Below, in pieces: positions 17,576 to 26,144 of a stretch of 64,000 nucleotides of DNA; within the stretch, counting starts at the first letter, position 1, and every line of letters begins with the position of its first letter. Source of the DNA: Dehalococcoidia bacterium (GTDB lineage: Bacteria; Chloroflexota; Dehalococcoidia; UBA2979); the NCBI GenBank assembly GCA_965220125.1, contig CBDCPB010000004.1, positions 1,478,227-1,542,226 on the forward strand. Reading direction: 5' to 3'. The notes under the pieces were generated by a model that searched no databases, was not told where the DNA came from, and worked only from the letters and a program-made list of their open reading frames with translations. The position numbers were made by a program, and so were the translations under genes.

Positions 17576-19235
17576 CCCGAATCCACCGATCGAAGCTTGA
17601 CGGGGCGGGATGCCGGGCTGCCGAAGCGTTCGGCGGGCGTGCCGGCGTTCGCCGGGCGGCGCCGGGGGCGGGCTGGAGCGAGGAGCCCTCGCTCAGCGCC
17701 GCTCGGGGGCGCTGAGGGCGCGTGCGCGAGGGTGCGCGAGGCGTGCGCGGGCATGCTGGCGCGAGCCTCGGACCCGGGGCCGGCGCTGTGAGCGGGCGTC
17801 AGGCGGGGAGCGGAAGCGCCCGTAACCGCGCGAGCGCGGCTGCCCACTGCCCGGCCCAGGGCCAGCGCTTCGGGAGGTGCAGCGTCCACCGCCGGGCCGA
17901 GTGGGTGAGCCGCCCGGCCAGCGCGAAGAAGCGCCGCCTGAGCGTCCTGGTCGTCACGATTCCCTCGCCGAGCCCGAGCCGCGCCGTCCAGCGGGCGAGG
18001 TTGTGCGCGATCACCTGCACCGCGAGCCACGCCGCGTTCGCGGTGAAGCGGCCCGAGGGGAGATGGTTCAGCCCGACGCCGTACTTGAGATCGCGGATCG
18101 CGTTCTCGATCTCGGCGTGGCGGCGATGGTCGGCCTCCAGCTCCAGCAGCTCCCCCTCGCGGTCGCTGATGAAGGCGTGGTAGCTGTAGCTGCTGAAGAG
18201 CGCGAGCTGTGAGCCGGGCGTCGGCTTCACGCGCCGCACGATGAGCCGCACCGGGGCGGCGTCCTCCTTGTGCTGGAACGGCGTGTAGGTCGTCTCGGCG
18301 ACATCGGCGCCGCCCGGCAGCCAGTACGGGATCGGCGTCCAGTCCTCTTCCGCTATCGCCTCGATCAGCCGGCGCACGTTCGGCTGCTGGCGAATCGTGA
18401 CCGAGAAGCGGACATCCAGCGCGCGGCAGGCGGCGACGACGGCGTGGCTGTAGAAGCCGCTGTCGGCGCGCATCGTGAGCTGCCCCGACGCCCCGGCCTC
18501 GCGCACCCGCGCCACCGTCTCACGCAGGAAGTGGGCGGCGCCGCGGGCGGTGTGGGCGCGGCCCTCGCGCAGCCGCGCCATCAGCACCTCGCCTGAGCCG
18601 GCCGCGACGGCGAGCAGCGGGTGATAGCCGCGCGCGCCGCTGTAGCCGGGGCGCTGCGCGCCCTCCTTGGCGAGGCCGTAGGTCTCGCAGAGCGTCGAGT
18701 CGAGATCGATCGTGAGCGGCTCCTCGCCCGGTCCCGCCCCGGCCGCCCAGGCGCGGGCGAGCAGCTCGCGGGTCACGCGGTCGAGCTGGCGGGCGTGGCC
18801 CCAGCGGAAGCTGCGCAGGAACGTGCCGAGGGTGGACGGCGCCTTCACGGTGCAGCCGAGCACGCGCCCCGTTCCGCCGGCGCGCAGCGCAGCGGCGTCG
18901 TCGATGCAGTCGCCGCCCGCGAGCGCGGAGGCGACCAGGGTGAGCAGCTTGTCCCCGGCGTTCGCCCGGCCCGCTGCCCCACCGAGGTCGACGTGGGCGT
19001 CCGTCAGTTCACGCAGGCCGAGCCGGCCGGCGAGCGTGGCGGGGAGTAGCAGGCCCGCGTGGTCCACGAGGCGGTCGTCGTCGAAGGCGATCTGGAGCCG
19101 GTCGGGGCTGCTCGGTGCTAGCATCGAATGGGTGCTCCCTGTCGCTGGTGCGGGATTCGTTCAAAACCCATTGTCCCAGATACAGAGGAGCACCCCTTCT
19201 CAACTACTCACGCGCTCTCCTTCGGTGGATCAGGG
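17576..19235 (-). mobile_element. IS1380-family insertion sequence (~1.66 kb) with ~14-bp terminal inverted repeats and 5-bp CTTAC target-site duplication
   Basis: Left end CCCGAATCCACCGA and reverse complement of right end CCCTGATCCACCGA match 12/14. CTTAC lies at 17571-17575 and 19236-19240. The uninterrupted paralogous target (~20080) reads cctcCTTACacgcctgctcc with one CTTAC. Holds a single 441-aa transposase ORF. Confidence 0.75.
17799..19124 (-). CDS. IS1380-family DDE transposase
   Basis: 441 aa: ...FQHKEDAAPVRLIVRRVKP...YSYHAFISDREGELLELEADHRRHAEIENAIRDLKYGVGLNHLPSGRFTANAAWLAVQVIAHNLARW... fits the IS1380 signature. Confidence 0.8.
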   Translation of the reverse strand: MLAPSSPDRLQIAFDDDRLVDHAGLLLPATLAGRLGLRELTDAHVDLGGAAGRANAGDKLLTLVASALAGGDCIDDAAALRAGGTGRVLGCTVKAPSTLGTFLRSFRWGHARQLDRVTRELLARAWAAGAGPGEEPLTIDLDSTLCETYGLAKEGAQRPGYSGARGYHPLLAVAAGSGEVLMARLREGRAHTARGAAHFLRETVARVREAGASGQLTMRADSGFYSHAVVAACRALDVRFSVTIRQQPNVRRLIEAIAEEDWTPIPYWLPGGADVAETTYTPFQHKEDAAPVRLIVRRVKPTPGSQLALFSSYSYHAFISDREGELLELEADHRRHAEIENAIRDLKYGVGLNHLPSGRFTANAAWLAVQVIAHNLARWTARLGLGEGIVTTRTLRRRFFALAGRLTHSARRWTLHLPKRWPWAGQWAAALARLRALPLPA

Positions 19236-19240
19236 CTTAC

Positions 19241-19364
19241 ACGCCTGCTCCGGGAACAGGCAGGCGAAAGCTACCGAAGACGCCGGACGCTGCGTCGCCC
19301 GAGGTATCCGTACTCATCTGACGCTCCAGCGGATCGGTCGCCTAAGTCCCGGCGGTTGGCGCAC
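19241..19364 (-). pseudogene. Degenerate duplicated fragment of the 3' end of the CoA-transferase gene (paralog of 20112-20200) plus intergenic sequence
   Basis: acgcctgctccgggaacaggcaggcgaaagctaccgaagacgccggacgc matches 20089-20140 acgcctgctccgggagcaggcaggcgcacgctacccgaagacgccggacgc. Reverse frame ends ...RRSVRRLR* versus the intact ...LAASGVFG*. Confidence 0.5.
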
Positions 19365-20066
19365 CTACAACTCTTCCATGATGCGCGCGCGGCGCTCCTC
19401 GTACTGCTCGGGGGTGATCAGGCCCTCGTCGCGGAGGCGCTGCAACTCGCGCAGGCGCTCGGCGGAGCTGCCCTGCGGCTCCGGAGGGGAGGAGGCGGGC
19501 GGGTCCGCAGGCGTGCTGCGTTCGCGCGGGTAGTCCATCAGCCCCGACGGCGGCGCGGGCGAGGCCGTCGTGCGTCCGGAGACCGCGGGCGGCTCCTCGC
19601 CGCGCATGCGCAGCTCCTCGGCAGTCGGCGGGCGGAAGCCGCTGGGTGAGTACGCGACGTAGGTGGAGGTGACCTTGTCCCAGAGGCACTGGCGCTCGCG
19701 ATCCCACGTGCACCACAGCGCAGCGGGTAGCCACAGCAGCTCGCCGACACCGTTCGTCGCCCCGGCAATCACGGAGATCACGGTCCCGAACAGCAGGACC
19801 TTGACGCCGATCTCGCGCAGGATGGTGTACCAGCCGCCGGCGCGGCTGCCGTCCTCGCGCATGATGTACATGCCGAGCATCTGCTTGCCCGGAGTCTGTC
19901 CCCGCTGGGCGACGATCAGGAACCAGATCACCCAGCCGACCCCCAGCGTCACGATGGTGACGAGCCCATCCAGCGCCCAGCCCCCGAGGCGGCGGCCCTG
20001 CGAGGCCGTCTGCAGTTGCTCGGGCGGGTAGAACGCCTCGATGCGGCGCATTGGCTGCATGGCCAT
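19365..20066 (-). CDS. RDD-family membrane protein with C-terminal SHOCT domain, paralog 2
   Basis: About 80% identical to 16863-17558; same RDD core and SHOCT tail (LRELQRLRDEGLITPEQYEERRARIMEEL). Confidence 0.65.
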   Translation of the reverse strand: MAMQPMRRIEAFYPPEQLQTASQGRRLGGWALDGLVTIVTLGVGWVIWFLIVAQRGQTPGKQMLGMYIMREDGSRAGGWYTILREIGVKVLLFGTVISVIAGATNGVGELLWLPAALWCTWDRERQCLWDKVTSTYVAYSPSGFRPPTAEELRMRGEEPPAVSGRTTASPAPPSGLMDYPRERSTPADPPASSPPEPQGSSAERLRELQRLRDEGLITPEQYEERRARIMEEL

Positions 20067-20111
20067 CGGGGGCCTCCTTACACGCCTGCTCCGGGAGCAG
20101 GCAGGCGCACG

Positions 20112-21317
20112 CTACCCGAAGACGCCGGACGCCGCGAGGCGCGCGATCTCGTCGTCGCCGAGGCCCAGTTCGGCCAGCACCTCGCTGGTGTGTTCGCCCG
20201 GCGCGGGCGCCGGTCCGCGCACCCTCGTCTCCGCCCCGCTGACGCGGAACGGCGCGGCCAGCGTGCGGTAGCGGCCGGCCTCCGGATGCTCGACATCCTC
20301 GAGCATCGCGTTCGCCTCCACCTGCGGGTCGGCGAGCGCCTCGGGGAGCGTCGCGACCGGCGCCCAGACGAGCTCCGCCTCGTCCAGGCGGCGTCCCCAC
20401 TCGTCGAGGTCGGCCGAGGCGATCAGCGTCTCGATGCGTTCGCGCAGCTCGGCGGCGTGGCGCTTGCGCCCCTCGAGCGTCCCGAAGCGCGGATCGAGCG
20501 CCCACGGCGGCTCGCCGATCATCGCGACGAAGCGCGGCCAGAAGCGGTCGGCCTGCGTCATGCCGAGCAGCAGCCAGCGCCCGTCGCGGGTGCGGTAGGA
20601 GTTGCGGATCGGGTTCCACGGCTGGGTGCGGTCGTAGCGCCGCGGCTGCTCGCCGGCGGCGAGGGCGACGGCGACATCGGCGCCGATCGTCCACATCCCG
20701 GTCTGCATCAGGCTGACCTCGACGCTCTGGCCCTCGCCGCTCTGGTCGCGCAGCCGCAGCGCGACGAGGATCGCGCTGAGCAGGTTGAGCGCGGTGGCGT
20801 GGTCGCCCTGCCCGGTGCGGCAGAAGGGCGGCGGCGAGGAGGGCTCGCCGCTCAGCCCCATGATGCCGGAGCTGGCCCAGAACGCCGCGTAGTCGAAGCC
20901 CTCGCGATCCGCGCCCGGGCCCTGCTCGCCGTAGCCGCTGACGGCCGCATGGATCAGCGCCGGGTTGGCCGCGCGCAGCGTCTCCGCGTCGATGCCCCAG
21001 CGCTCGCGCTGCATCAGGTTGGTGACGAAGATGTCGGCGTCCTCGCAGAGCCGCCGCACCAGCTCCGGCGCGCCGGCCTGCCGCAGGTCGATGGCTATCG
21101 AGCGCTTGCCGCGGTTGTCGAGTTCGAAGCCGTACTGGATCGCCGAGGGCTCCTCGAAACCCATCGAGCTCGTGTCGAAGTGCCGCCAGGGATCGCCCCC
21201 CGGCGGCTCGATCTTGACCACGTCCGCCCCGAGGTCGGCGAGCAGCGCCGCCGCCGAGGGCGCCGCCAGCCAGGTCGCCGCCTCGATCACGCGGATGCCC
21301 GCCAATGGAGCCGTCAT
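20112..21317 (-). CDS. CoA-transferase family III (CaiB/BaiF-like)
   Basis: MTAPLAGIRVIEAATWLAAPSAAALLADLGADVVKIEPPGGDPWR... is the family-III N-terminal signature. Start at internal ATG; overlaps the Fic gene's stop by 4 nt. Confidence 0.8.
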   Translation of the reverse strand: MTAPLAGIRVIEAATWLAAPSAAALLADLGADVVKIEPPGGDPWRHFDTSSMGFEEPSAIQYGFELDNRGKRSIAIDLRQAGAPELVRRLCEDADIFVTNLMQRERWGIDAETLRAANPALIHAAVSGYGEQGPGADREGFDYAAFWASSGIMGLSGEPSSPPPFCRTGQGDHATALNLLSAILVALRLRDQSGEGQSVEVSLMQTGMWTIGADVAVALAAGEQPRRYDRTQPWNPIRNSYRTRDGRWLLLGMTQADRFWPRFVAMIGEPPWALDPRFGTLEGRKRHAAELRERIETLIASADLDEWGRRLDEAELVWAPVATLPEALADPQVEANAMLEDVEHPEAGRYRTLAAPFRVSGAETRVRGPAPAPGEHTSEVLAELGLGDDEIARLAASGVFG

Positions 21318-22684
21318 CGCACGCCGCCCGCGGCGGCGGCGACGCCGCTGCCGGCGAAGCGCGCGGCGAGATCGGCGCTGGGCCGGAAGACGAACTTCTT
21401 GCCGATGCGCGTCTTGCCGAACAGGCCGAGTTCCTCGAGGCCGAGCAAGTCCGCACGAGCGGTGGCGTAGGTCACGCGGTGTCGCCGCGCCTGCGCCTGG
21501 ATCGTGAACCACGCATCGGGATCACGCATCGCGTCGCTCACGAGCACGATCTGGCGATGGTTGAGATGCGGGCTGTCACGCAGCAGCCGCTCGGCCCGCC
21601 GCTGCTCCTCCATCTTCCGCTGGAGGTAGTGGTTCAGGCTCTCCATCGCGCGCTCGATGACCGCGAGCTGGTAGAGCACGAAGTAGGTGACGTCGCCGCC
21701 GTCGGTCTCGACATGGAGGTACGACCTCGCGTACTGCGCGGGCGCCCTGCGCAGGATGCTGGAGATCGTGAGGTACTGCGTCAGCCAGTAGCCGGAGCGC
21801 AGCATCGACCAGTAGAAGAGGGCGCGCGCCGTCCTGCCGTTGCCGTCGGCGAAGGGGTGGTCGTAGGCGAGTCCGAAGTGCAGCACGATCGCGCGCACCA
21901 CGGGGTGGATGAAGCCCTCGCCGCTGAGTCCATTCGCGAACTCGCACAACCGATCGAGGCGTGCGGGAAGATCCGCAGCAGGCGGCGGGCGATGGATGAC
22001 CGTCCCGTCAGCCCACTCGACGACCACGCGCTCGTCCTCAGGACTCTGAAGCCTGCCTGCCTCGCGCTCGTCATCCAGCGTGTCGAACATGACGATGCGA
22101 TGCAGATCGAGAATGTCGCCCGGCGTCAGGGGACCGCCGTCCGCCGCCAGCGAGGCGGCGGCCTGCAGCACCTCGAAGTTGTTGACGATCATCTGCTCGC
22201 TGCGGTCGCGAGGCTGGCGGCCGCTGCGCAGCATCTCCCTGGCGACACGCCTCGTGGTGCTCGCGCCCTCGAGCTGGCTCGACGTGATCGCCTCCTCGTG
22301 GAGCGAGCTCACGAGGTAGCGGTCGCTCGACTGGAGGCTCGTCACCACCTCGCCTGCGATGATCTGGCCGCTCGCCTGCTGATCGATGCGGTGAACCAGC
22401 TCCTGGATCCGGTCGGTGTTGCTGAAGTGGAAGGACCGCCCCTCAATGTCGGACAGTGGCAGCGCCCGGGCGATCGCCTGCCGCGCCAGCGACATGCCGA
22501 GCCACCACGTCTCGTGGCTGAGGCCGTCGGGCGGGGTGCGGCGGCGCAGCTGGTCCCAGTGCAGGTAGCGGCCCCTGGTATCGACGGGGCGGCTTGTCGC
22601 GAGGACGCCGAGCGCCCGCTCCGGATCGCGGGCGAACTCGTCGAGCAGCCTGTCGGCCGGCGGCGGGCTCTGCGGGATCTTCAC
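21314..22684 (-). CDS. Fic-family protein (AMPylase-like), class II with intramolecular inhibitory motif and C-terminal wHTH-like region
   Basis: Fic active-site motif HPFADGNGRTAR. N-terminal TSSQLEG matches the (S/T)xxxE(G/N) inhibitory helix motif. 456 aa. Confidence 0.8.
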   Translation of the reverse strand: MKIPQSPPPADRLLDEFARDPERALGVLATSRPVDTRGRYLHWDQLRRRTPPDGLSHETWWLGMSLARQAIARALPLSDIEGRSFHFSNTDRIQELVHRIDQQASGQIIAGEVVTSLQSSDRYLVSSLHEEAITSSQLEGASTTRRVAREMLRSGRQPRDRSEQMIVNNFEVLQAAASLAADGGPLTPGDILDLHRIVMFDTLDDEREAGRLQSPEDERVVVEWADGTVIHRPPPAADLPARLDRLCEFANGLSGEGFIHPVVRAIVLHFGLAYDHPFADGNGRTARALFYWSMLRSGYWLTQYLTISSILRRAPAQYARSYLHVETDGGDVTYFVLYQLAVIERAMESLNHYLQRKMEEQRRAERLLRDSPHLNHRQIVLVSDAMRDPDAWFTIQAQARRHRVTYATARADLLGLEELGLFGKTRIGKKFVFRPSADLAARFAGSGVAAAAGGVR

Positions 22685-22687
22685 GGT

Positions 22688-22843
22688 GCAACTCTCAACT
22701 TGCTATCAGTTGTCATTGGATTGATAGTAATCTATCACAAAGCGGCAGGAGTGCGCATACCAGTTGCGCCGCGCAACTCTCAACTTGCTATCAGTCTCTC
22801 TCAAATTGATAGTAAATTTACAGGAAAGCGCACCGCGCCGCCT
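22688..22843 (-). promoter_or_regulatory. Low-GC upstream region of fic: two tandem ~85-bp units, each carrying a CTATCA-N13-TGATAG palindrome (candidate operator/promoter)
   Basis: Unit 1 gcaactctcaacttgCTATCAgttgtcattggatTGATAGtaatCTATCAcaaag... and unit 2 gcaactctcaacttgCTATCAgtctctctcaaatTGATAGtaaatttacagg.... GC is about 45-50% against a ~72% background. Confidence 0.5.
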
Positions 22844-23783
22844 ACCCGACCAGCGTCAGCAGCACCGTCAGCGTCGCCACGCTCGCCAGCGTCGAGGTCA
22901 CCACCGCGCGCGTCACGAACTGCGGGCGCACGTCGAACTCCGTCGCCACGATGATCGCGATCACCGCCGTCGGCATCCCGCCGAGCACGATCACCACGTC
23001 GCGCGTCACGCCCTCGAGGCCCAGCGCCAGCGCAGCGCCGAGGGCGACCAGCGGGCCGAGCAGCAGTCGCAGCGCGGACGCCACGCCCACGTCCGCCAGC
23101 TCGCCGAGGTCGCCGAGGCCGCGACCCAACTGCAGCCCGAGCACCACCAGCATCGCCGGCACGGCGGCGTCCGCGAGCGTCGCGATCGGCGCCTCGATCG
23201 TGACGGGCAGATCGACGTCGAGCCCGTTCGCGGCGAAGCCCAGCGCGGCGGCGTAGAGCGCCGGGTAGGCGAACGGCGCGACGAGCGCACGCTTCGACGA
23301 GCCGCTCGGCAGCGTCGCGATCACGATCCCCGCCGAGGTGACCAGCGTGGCGTTCACCACCCAGGTCAGCACCGCGACCTGCACGCCCACCTCGCCGAAG
23401 GCGAGCAGCGCGACCGCGATGCCCATGTTGCCGGTGTTCAGCGAGGTCACCGCCAGCGCGAATGCCGAGCGTTGCAGCGCCTCGTGCCTCACCAGCATCG
23501 ACCAGGCGCTCGCGGCCGCGAAACCGACGATGTAGATGATCACGGCGACCGCCGCGATCTTCAGCGAGAGCCCGGCCGCCAGATCCGAGTTCGCCAGCGA
23601 GTCGTAGACCAGCGCCGGCGTGAAGAGGAAGAAGACGACCGCCGAGAGCGGCTCGGCGGGCACCCCTCGCCAGCGCCCAACCAGCGCACCGAGCGCGGCG
23701 ACGAGCATGACGGGCAGCACCACCTCGAAGAAGACGCTCAGCACGGGGAGCCTCCGCAGCGCTTCGCAGGCGCCGCCCGCCAC
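22842..23783 (-). CDS. AEC-family (auxin efflux carrier / malonate-type) membrane transporter
   Basis: N-terminal LSVFFEVVLPVMLVAALGALVG and 8-10 predicted TM helices typical of AEC permeases. True start may be an internal GTG near VLSVFF. Confidence 0.65.
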   Translation of the reverse strand: MAGGACEALRRLPVLSVFFEVVLPVMLVAALGALVGRWRGVPAEPLSAVVFFLFTPALVYDSLANSDLAAGLSLKIAAVAVIIYIVGFAAASAWSMLVRHEALQRSAFALAVTSLNTGNMGIAVALLAFGEVGVQVAVLTWVVNATLVTSAGIVIATLPSGSSKRALVAPFAYPALYAAALGFAANGLDVDLPVTIEAPIATLADAAVPAMLVVLGLQLGRGLGDLGELADVGVASALRLLLGPLVALGAALALGLEGVTRDVVIVLGGMPTAVIAIIVATEFDVRPQFVTRAVVTSTLASVATLTVLLTLVG

Positions 23784-23865
23784 GCGCGATCACGATCAGA
23801 CGCGCGCACCCCCGTCAGGACGCGTCCCTGGACGCTCTGCTCGCGCGTGCGGGCGAGAGCGTTCC

Positions 23866-24864
23866 TCAGCGCCAGGCCGGCAGCACCTGCTCGCCGATGG
23901 CGCGCAGCGTCGCGTTGTGGTCCTCGAGCGACTCGGCGTTGATGCCGATGCTGAGCTTCGTGGCGCCGAGCGCGAGCTGCTCCTCGATCAGGCGCGGGGC
24001 GTCGTCGATGGTGTCCTTCGAGACGCGGACGCTGAGCCACAGGCCGAGCGGCTCGTCGCGCGCCTCGATCGCCTCGCGCTCGCGCTCCAGCACCTCGGTC
24101 ATCCAGGCGTAGTCCTTGGAGTGCGGCACGTGGATGCCGGGGTGCTCCTGCCCCAGCGCCTGGACCAGCTCGGCATACGGATCGGCGGCGGCGCCGGCGT
24201 CGGTGGCGCCGATCGTGAAGTCCGTGCTGCCGGCGCCTCCGGAGAGGCCGGGCCCGACGATCGGGCCCCAGCCGGCGCCGTAGCGGATCGCGCGCCGCAG
24301 CGCGCGCAGGTTGCCGCCGTGGATCCAGACCTCCGGGTGCGGCTTCTGGACGGGGAACGAGGCGAGCTTGACCTCGCTGAAGTTGACGTGCTCGCCGGAG
24401 AACGAGGCGTACTCGTTGGTCCACAGCTCGATCATCGCCGCGAGGTACTCGTCGGCGATCGCGCCGCGGTTCGCGAAGTCCAGCCCGAGCGTGTCGTACT
24501 CCTCGTGGAGATAGCCGGCCGCGAGGCCGATGCAGAGCCGGCCGCCGGAGAGCTTGTCGATCGTGGCCAGTTCGTTCGCCATCACCGCGGGGTTGCGGTA
24601 GGGGATGTTGATCGTCGCGGAGGCGATCCCGATCCGCTCCGTGTGGGCCGCGAGGAAGCCGAGCAGCGGCATCGGGTCGTAGCTGTTCGTCGCGTAGGAG
24701 GGCTGCCACTCGGGCGGCTCGAGGAAGTGGTCGTAGACCGCGATCTCGTCGAAGCCGACCTCCTCGCCGATGTGGGCGATCTCGACCAGCGACTCCGGGC
24801 TGACCCAGTCCGGGTTGAAGAACTTCAGGTAGATCGGCGTGGTGAAGGAAAACTTGAGCGCCAT
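23866..24864 (-). CDS. Luciferase-like monooxygenase (LLM) class oxidoreductase, probably F420-dependent
   Basis: MALKFSFTTPIYLKFFNPDWVSPESLVEIAHIGEEVGFDEIAVYDHF...GRLCIGLAAGYLHEEYDTLGLDFANRG is the LLM TIM-barrel pattern. Confidence 0.75.
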   Translation of the reverse strand: MALKFSFTTPIYLKFFNPDWVSPESLVEIAHIGEEVGFDEIAVYDHFLEPPEWQPSYATNSYDPMPLLGFLAAHTERIGIASATINIPYRNPAVMANELATIDKLSGGRLCIGLAAGYLHEEYDTLGLDFANRGAIADEYLAAMIELWTNEYASFSGEHVNFSEVKLASFPVQKPHPEVWIHGGNLRALRRAIRYGAGWGPIVGPGLSGGAGSTDFTIGATDAGAAADPYAELVQALGQEHPGIHVPHSKDYAWMTEVLEREREAIEARDEPLGLWLSVRVSKDTIDDAPRLIEEQLALGATKLSIGINAESLEDHNATLRAIGEQVLPAWR

Positions 24865-25007
24865 GGCGAACCCCCTTGCGCGGCGTCACTATACATCGCG
24901 CGCGAGGGCGCACGAGGTGCGCCGGAGCGGCGGCGCGGGGTGCTAGAGTGAGCGGCGGCCCCCGGGGAAACGCCTCGTACCCCGCGGCCGGGCCGGAGGT
25001 TGCGGTC

Positions 25008-25475
25008 ATGCGCACGGAGATTCAGTACAGGGGCGACGGCATGGCGCGGGTCTCGCTGCTCTTCCGCCGCGAGGGCCGCGACCCGGAGGACATCTGGATC
25101 CGCTCCGAACTGGAGCGCTACCCGGTCCCGCCCAAACGCACGCTCGAGTGGGAGCGCCAGGGCGAGCCGTTCGATGTCATGCAGTACGGCCAGTGCGTTA
25201 TCGGCGAGCTGATGTACGACATCGAGAAGCACCAGATGCTCTGCGACCGCATCCGCGAGCTGTGCGGCGACGAACTGACCTCGGGCATGCCGGACGCGGA
25301 TGAGCGCGAGGTGCTCGTCTCCGAGGTGGCGAAGGAGTTCCACGGCGCGGCGAAGATCAGCTGGGACGAGCACGACCGCAAGTCCGTGGCGATCGATGAT
25401 CCGCCGCTGCGCGCGCGCGTGCTCGAGCTGATCGAGACGGGCCTGCCAAGCGAGGACGCCCCGGCGCCTGCGTAG
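25008..25475 (+). CDS. Hypothetical protein (155 aa)
   Basis: MRTEIQYRGDGMARVSLLFRREGRDPEDIWIRSELERYPVPPKRTLEWERQGEPFDVMQYGQCVIGELMYDIEKHQMLCDRIRELCGDE..., no recognised motif. Coding-like periodicity; internal ATG chosen. Confidence 0.45.
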   Translation: MRTEIQYRGDGMARVSLLFRREGRDPEDIWIRSELERYPVPPKRTLEWERQGEPFDVMQYGQCVIGELMYDIEKHQMLCDRIRELCGDELTSGMPDADEREVLVSEVAKEFHGAAKISWDEHDRKSVAIDDPPLRARVLELIETGLPSEDAPAPA

Positions 25476-25518
25476 GCAGGCGCGGGCTCGCACACGGAGA
25501 CAGGAAACGGAGGACGGC

Positions 25519-25722
25519 ATGGCGATTCAGGTGCAACTGCGGGACGACGGACCCTACGTGATCCGCGGCACGGACATCGAGGTGCTGGACGCGGACGGCA
25601 ACGCGCTCCCCCACGAGGGCGGTGCGGTCGCGCTCTGCCGCTGCGGCCAGTCGGACAACAAGCCGTTCTGCGACGGCACGCACCGCCCGGCCGGCTTCGA
25701 GAGCGCCCCGCGCGCCGAGTAG
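25519..25722 (+). CDS. CDGSH-type iron-sulfur domain protein
   Basis: ...GGAVALCRCGQSDNKPFCDGTH... is the C-x-C-x2-(S/T)-x3-P-x-C-D-G-(S/A/T)-H motif; 67 aa. Confidence 0.8.
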   Translation: MAIQVQLRDDGPYVIRGTDIEVLDADGNALPHEGGAVALCRCGQSDNKPFCDGTHRPAGFESAPRAE

Positions 25723-25726
25723 TCCC

Positions 25727-26105
25727 GACCCTCACCCCCGAGAGAGGGCCGCGGGCCCCCACGCCCCCATCCCGGAGGAGCGTGCGCGCGGTCGTGTCGT
25801 AGACGCGAGGGATACCTCGCAGGGCCGCTCCGGCCCACCCACCCGCCCTCGGATTTTCTTTCTGTAGGGGCTCCGCCCCACACCCCCGCCGGATCAGCGC
25901 ACGCGGCGTGGCCTTCGCGGGCGCACCGAACTCCCGACGGCGTCCGGCTCCCTCTTCCCGAGAGGGAGAGGGTGGAGGTGAGGGCGTTCCGCCGCCCGCC
26001 GGGCGAGCAGGCGCCGAGGGCGCATCGGCACGACCGCGAGCAGCTCGCCGCTTGACCAGTTAGCTCCCTGGGGTGTCTTTCCCCCAGGGAGAGAGGGGCC
26101 GGGCA
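25727..26105. repeat. GC-rich palindromic intergenic repeat (locus D)
   Basis: CCCTCACCCCCGAGAGAGGGCCG; GTCGTGTCGTAGACGCGAGGGATACCTCGCAGGGCCGCTC (nearly identical to locus A); CCCACCCACCCGCCCTCGGATTTTCTTTCTGTAGGGG; CCCTCTTCCCGAGAGGGAGAGGG; CCCTGGGGTGTCTTTCCCCCAGGGAGAGAGGGG. Confidence 0.8.
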
Positions 26106-26144
26106 GCACCTCGCCCGTCCTCGTAGTCCCGCGCCGCGCGGCCG

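Noticed and set aside
19342-21456. 704-aa minus-strand ORF overlapping the RDD, CoA-transferase and Fic region in another frame
   Set aside because: Arg/Ala/Gly-rich antisense or shifted frame without motifs. The region is fully explained by three well-supported genes in other frames.
22764-23942. 392-aa plus-strand ORF across the fic upstream region and AEC transporter
   Set aside because: Product is an Arg/His/Gln-rich repeat with no motifs. It runs antisense to a convincing 10-TM AEC transporter and begins in the low-GC regulatory repeat.
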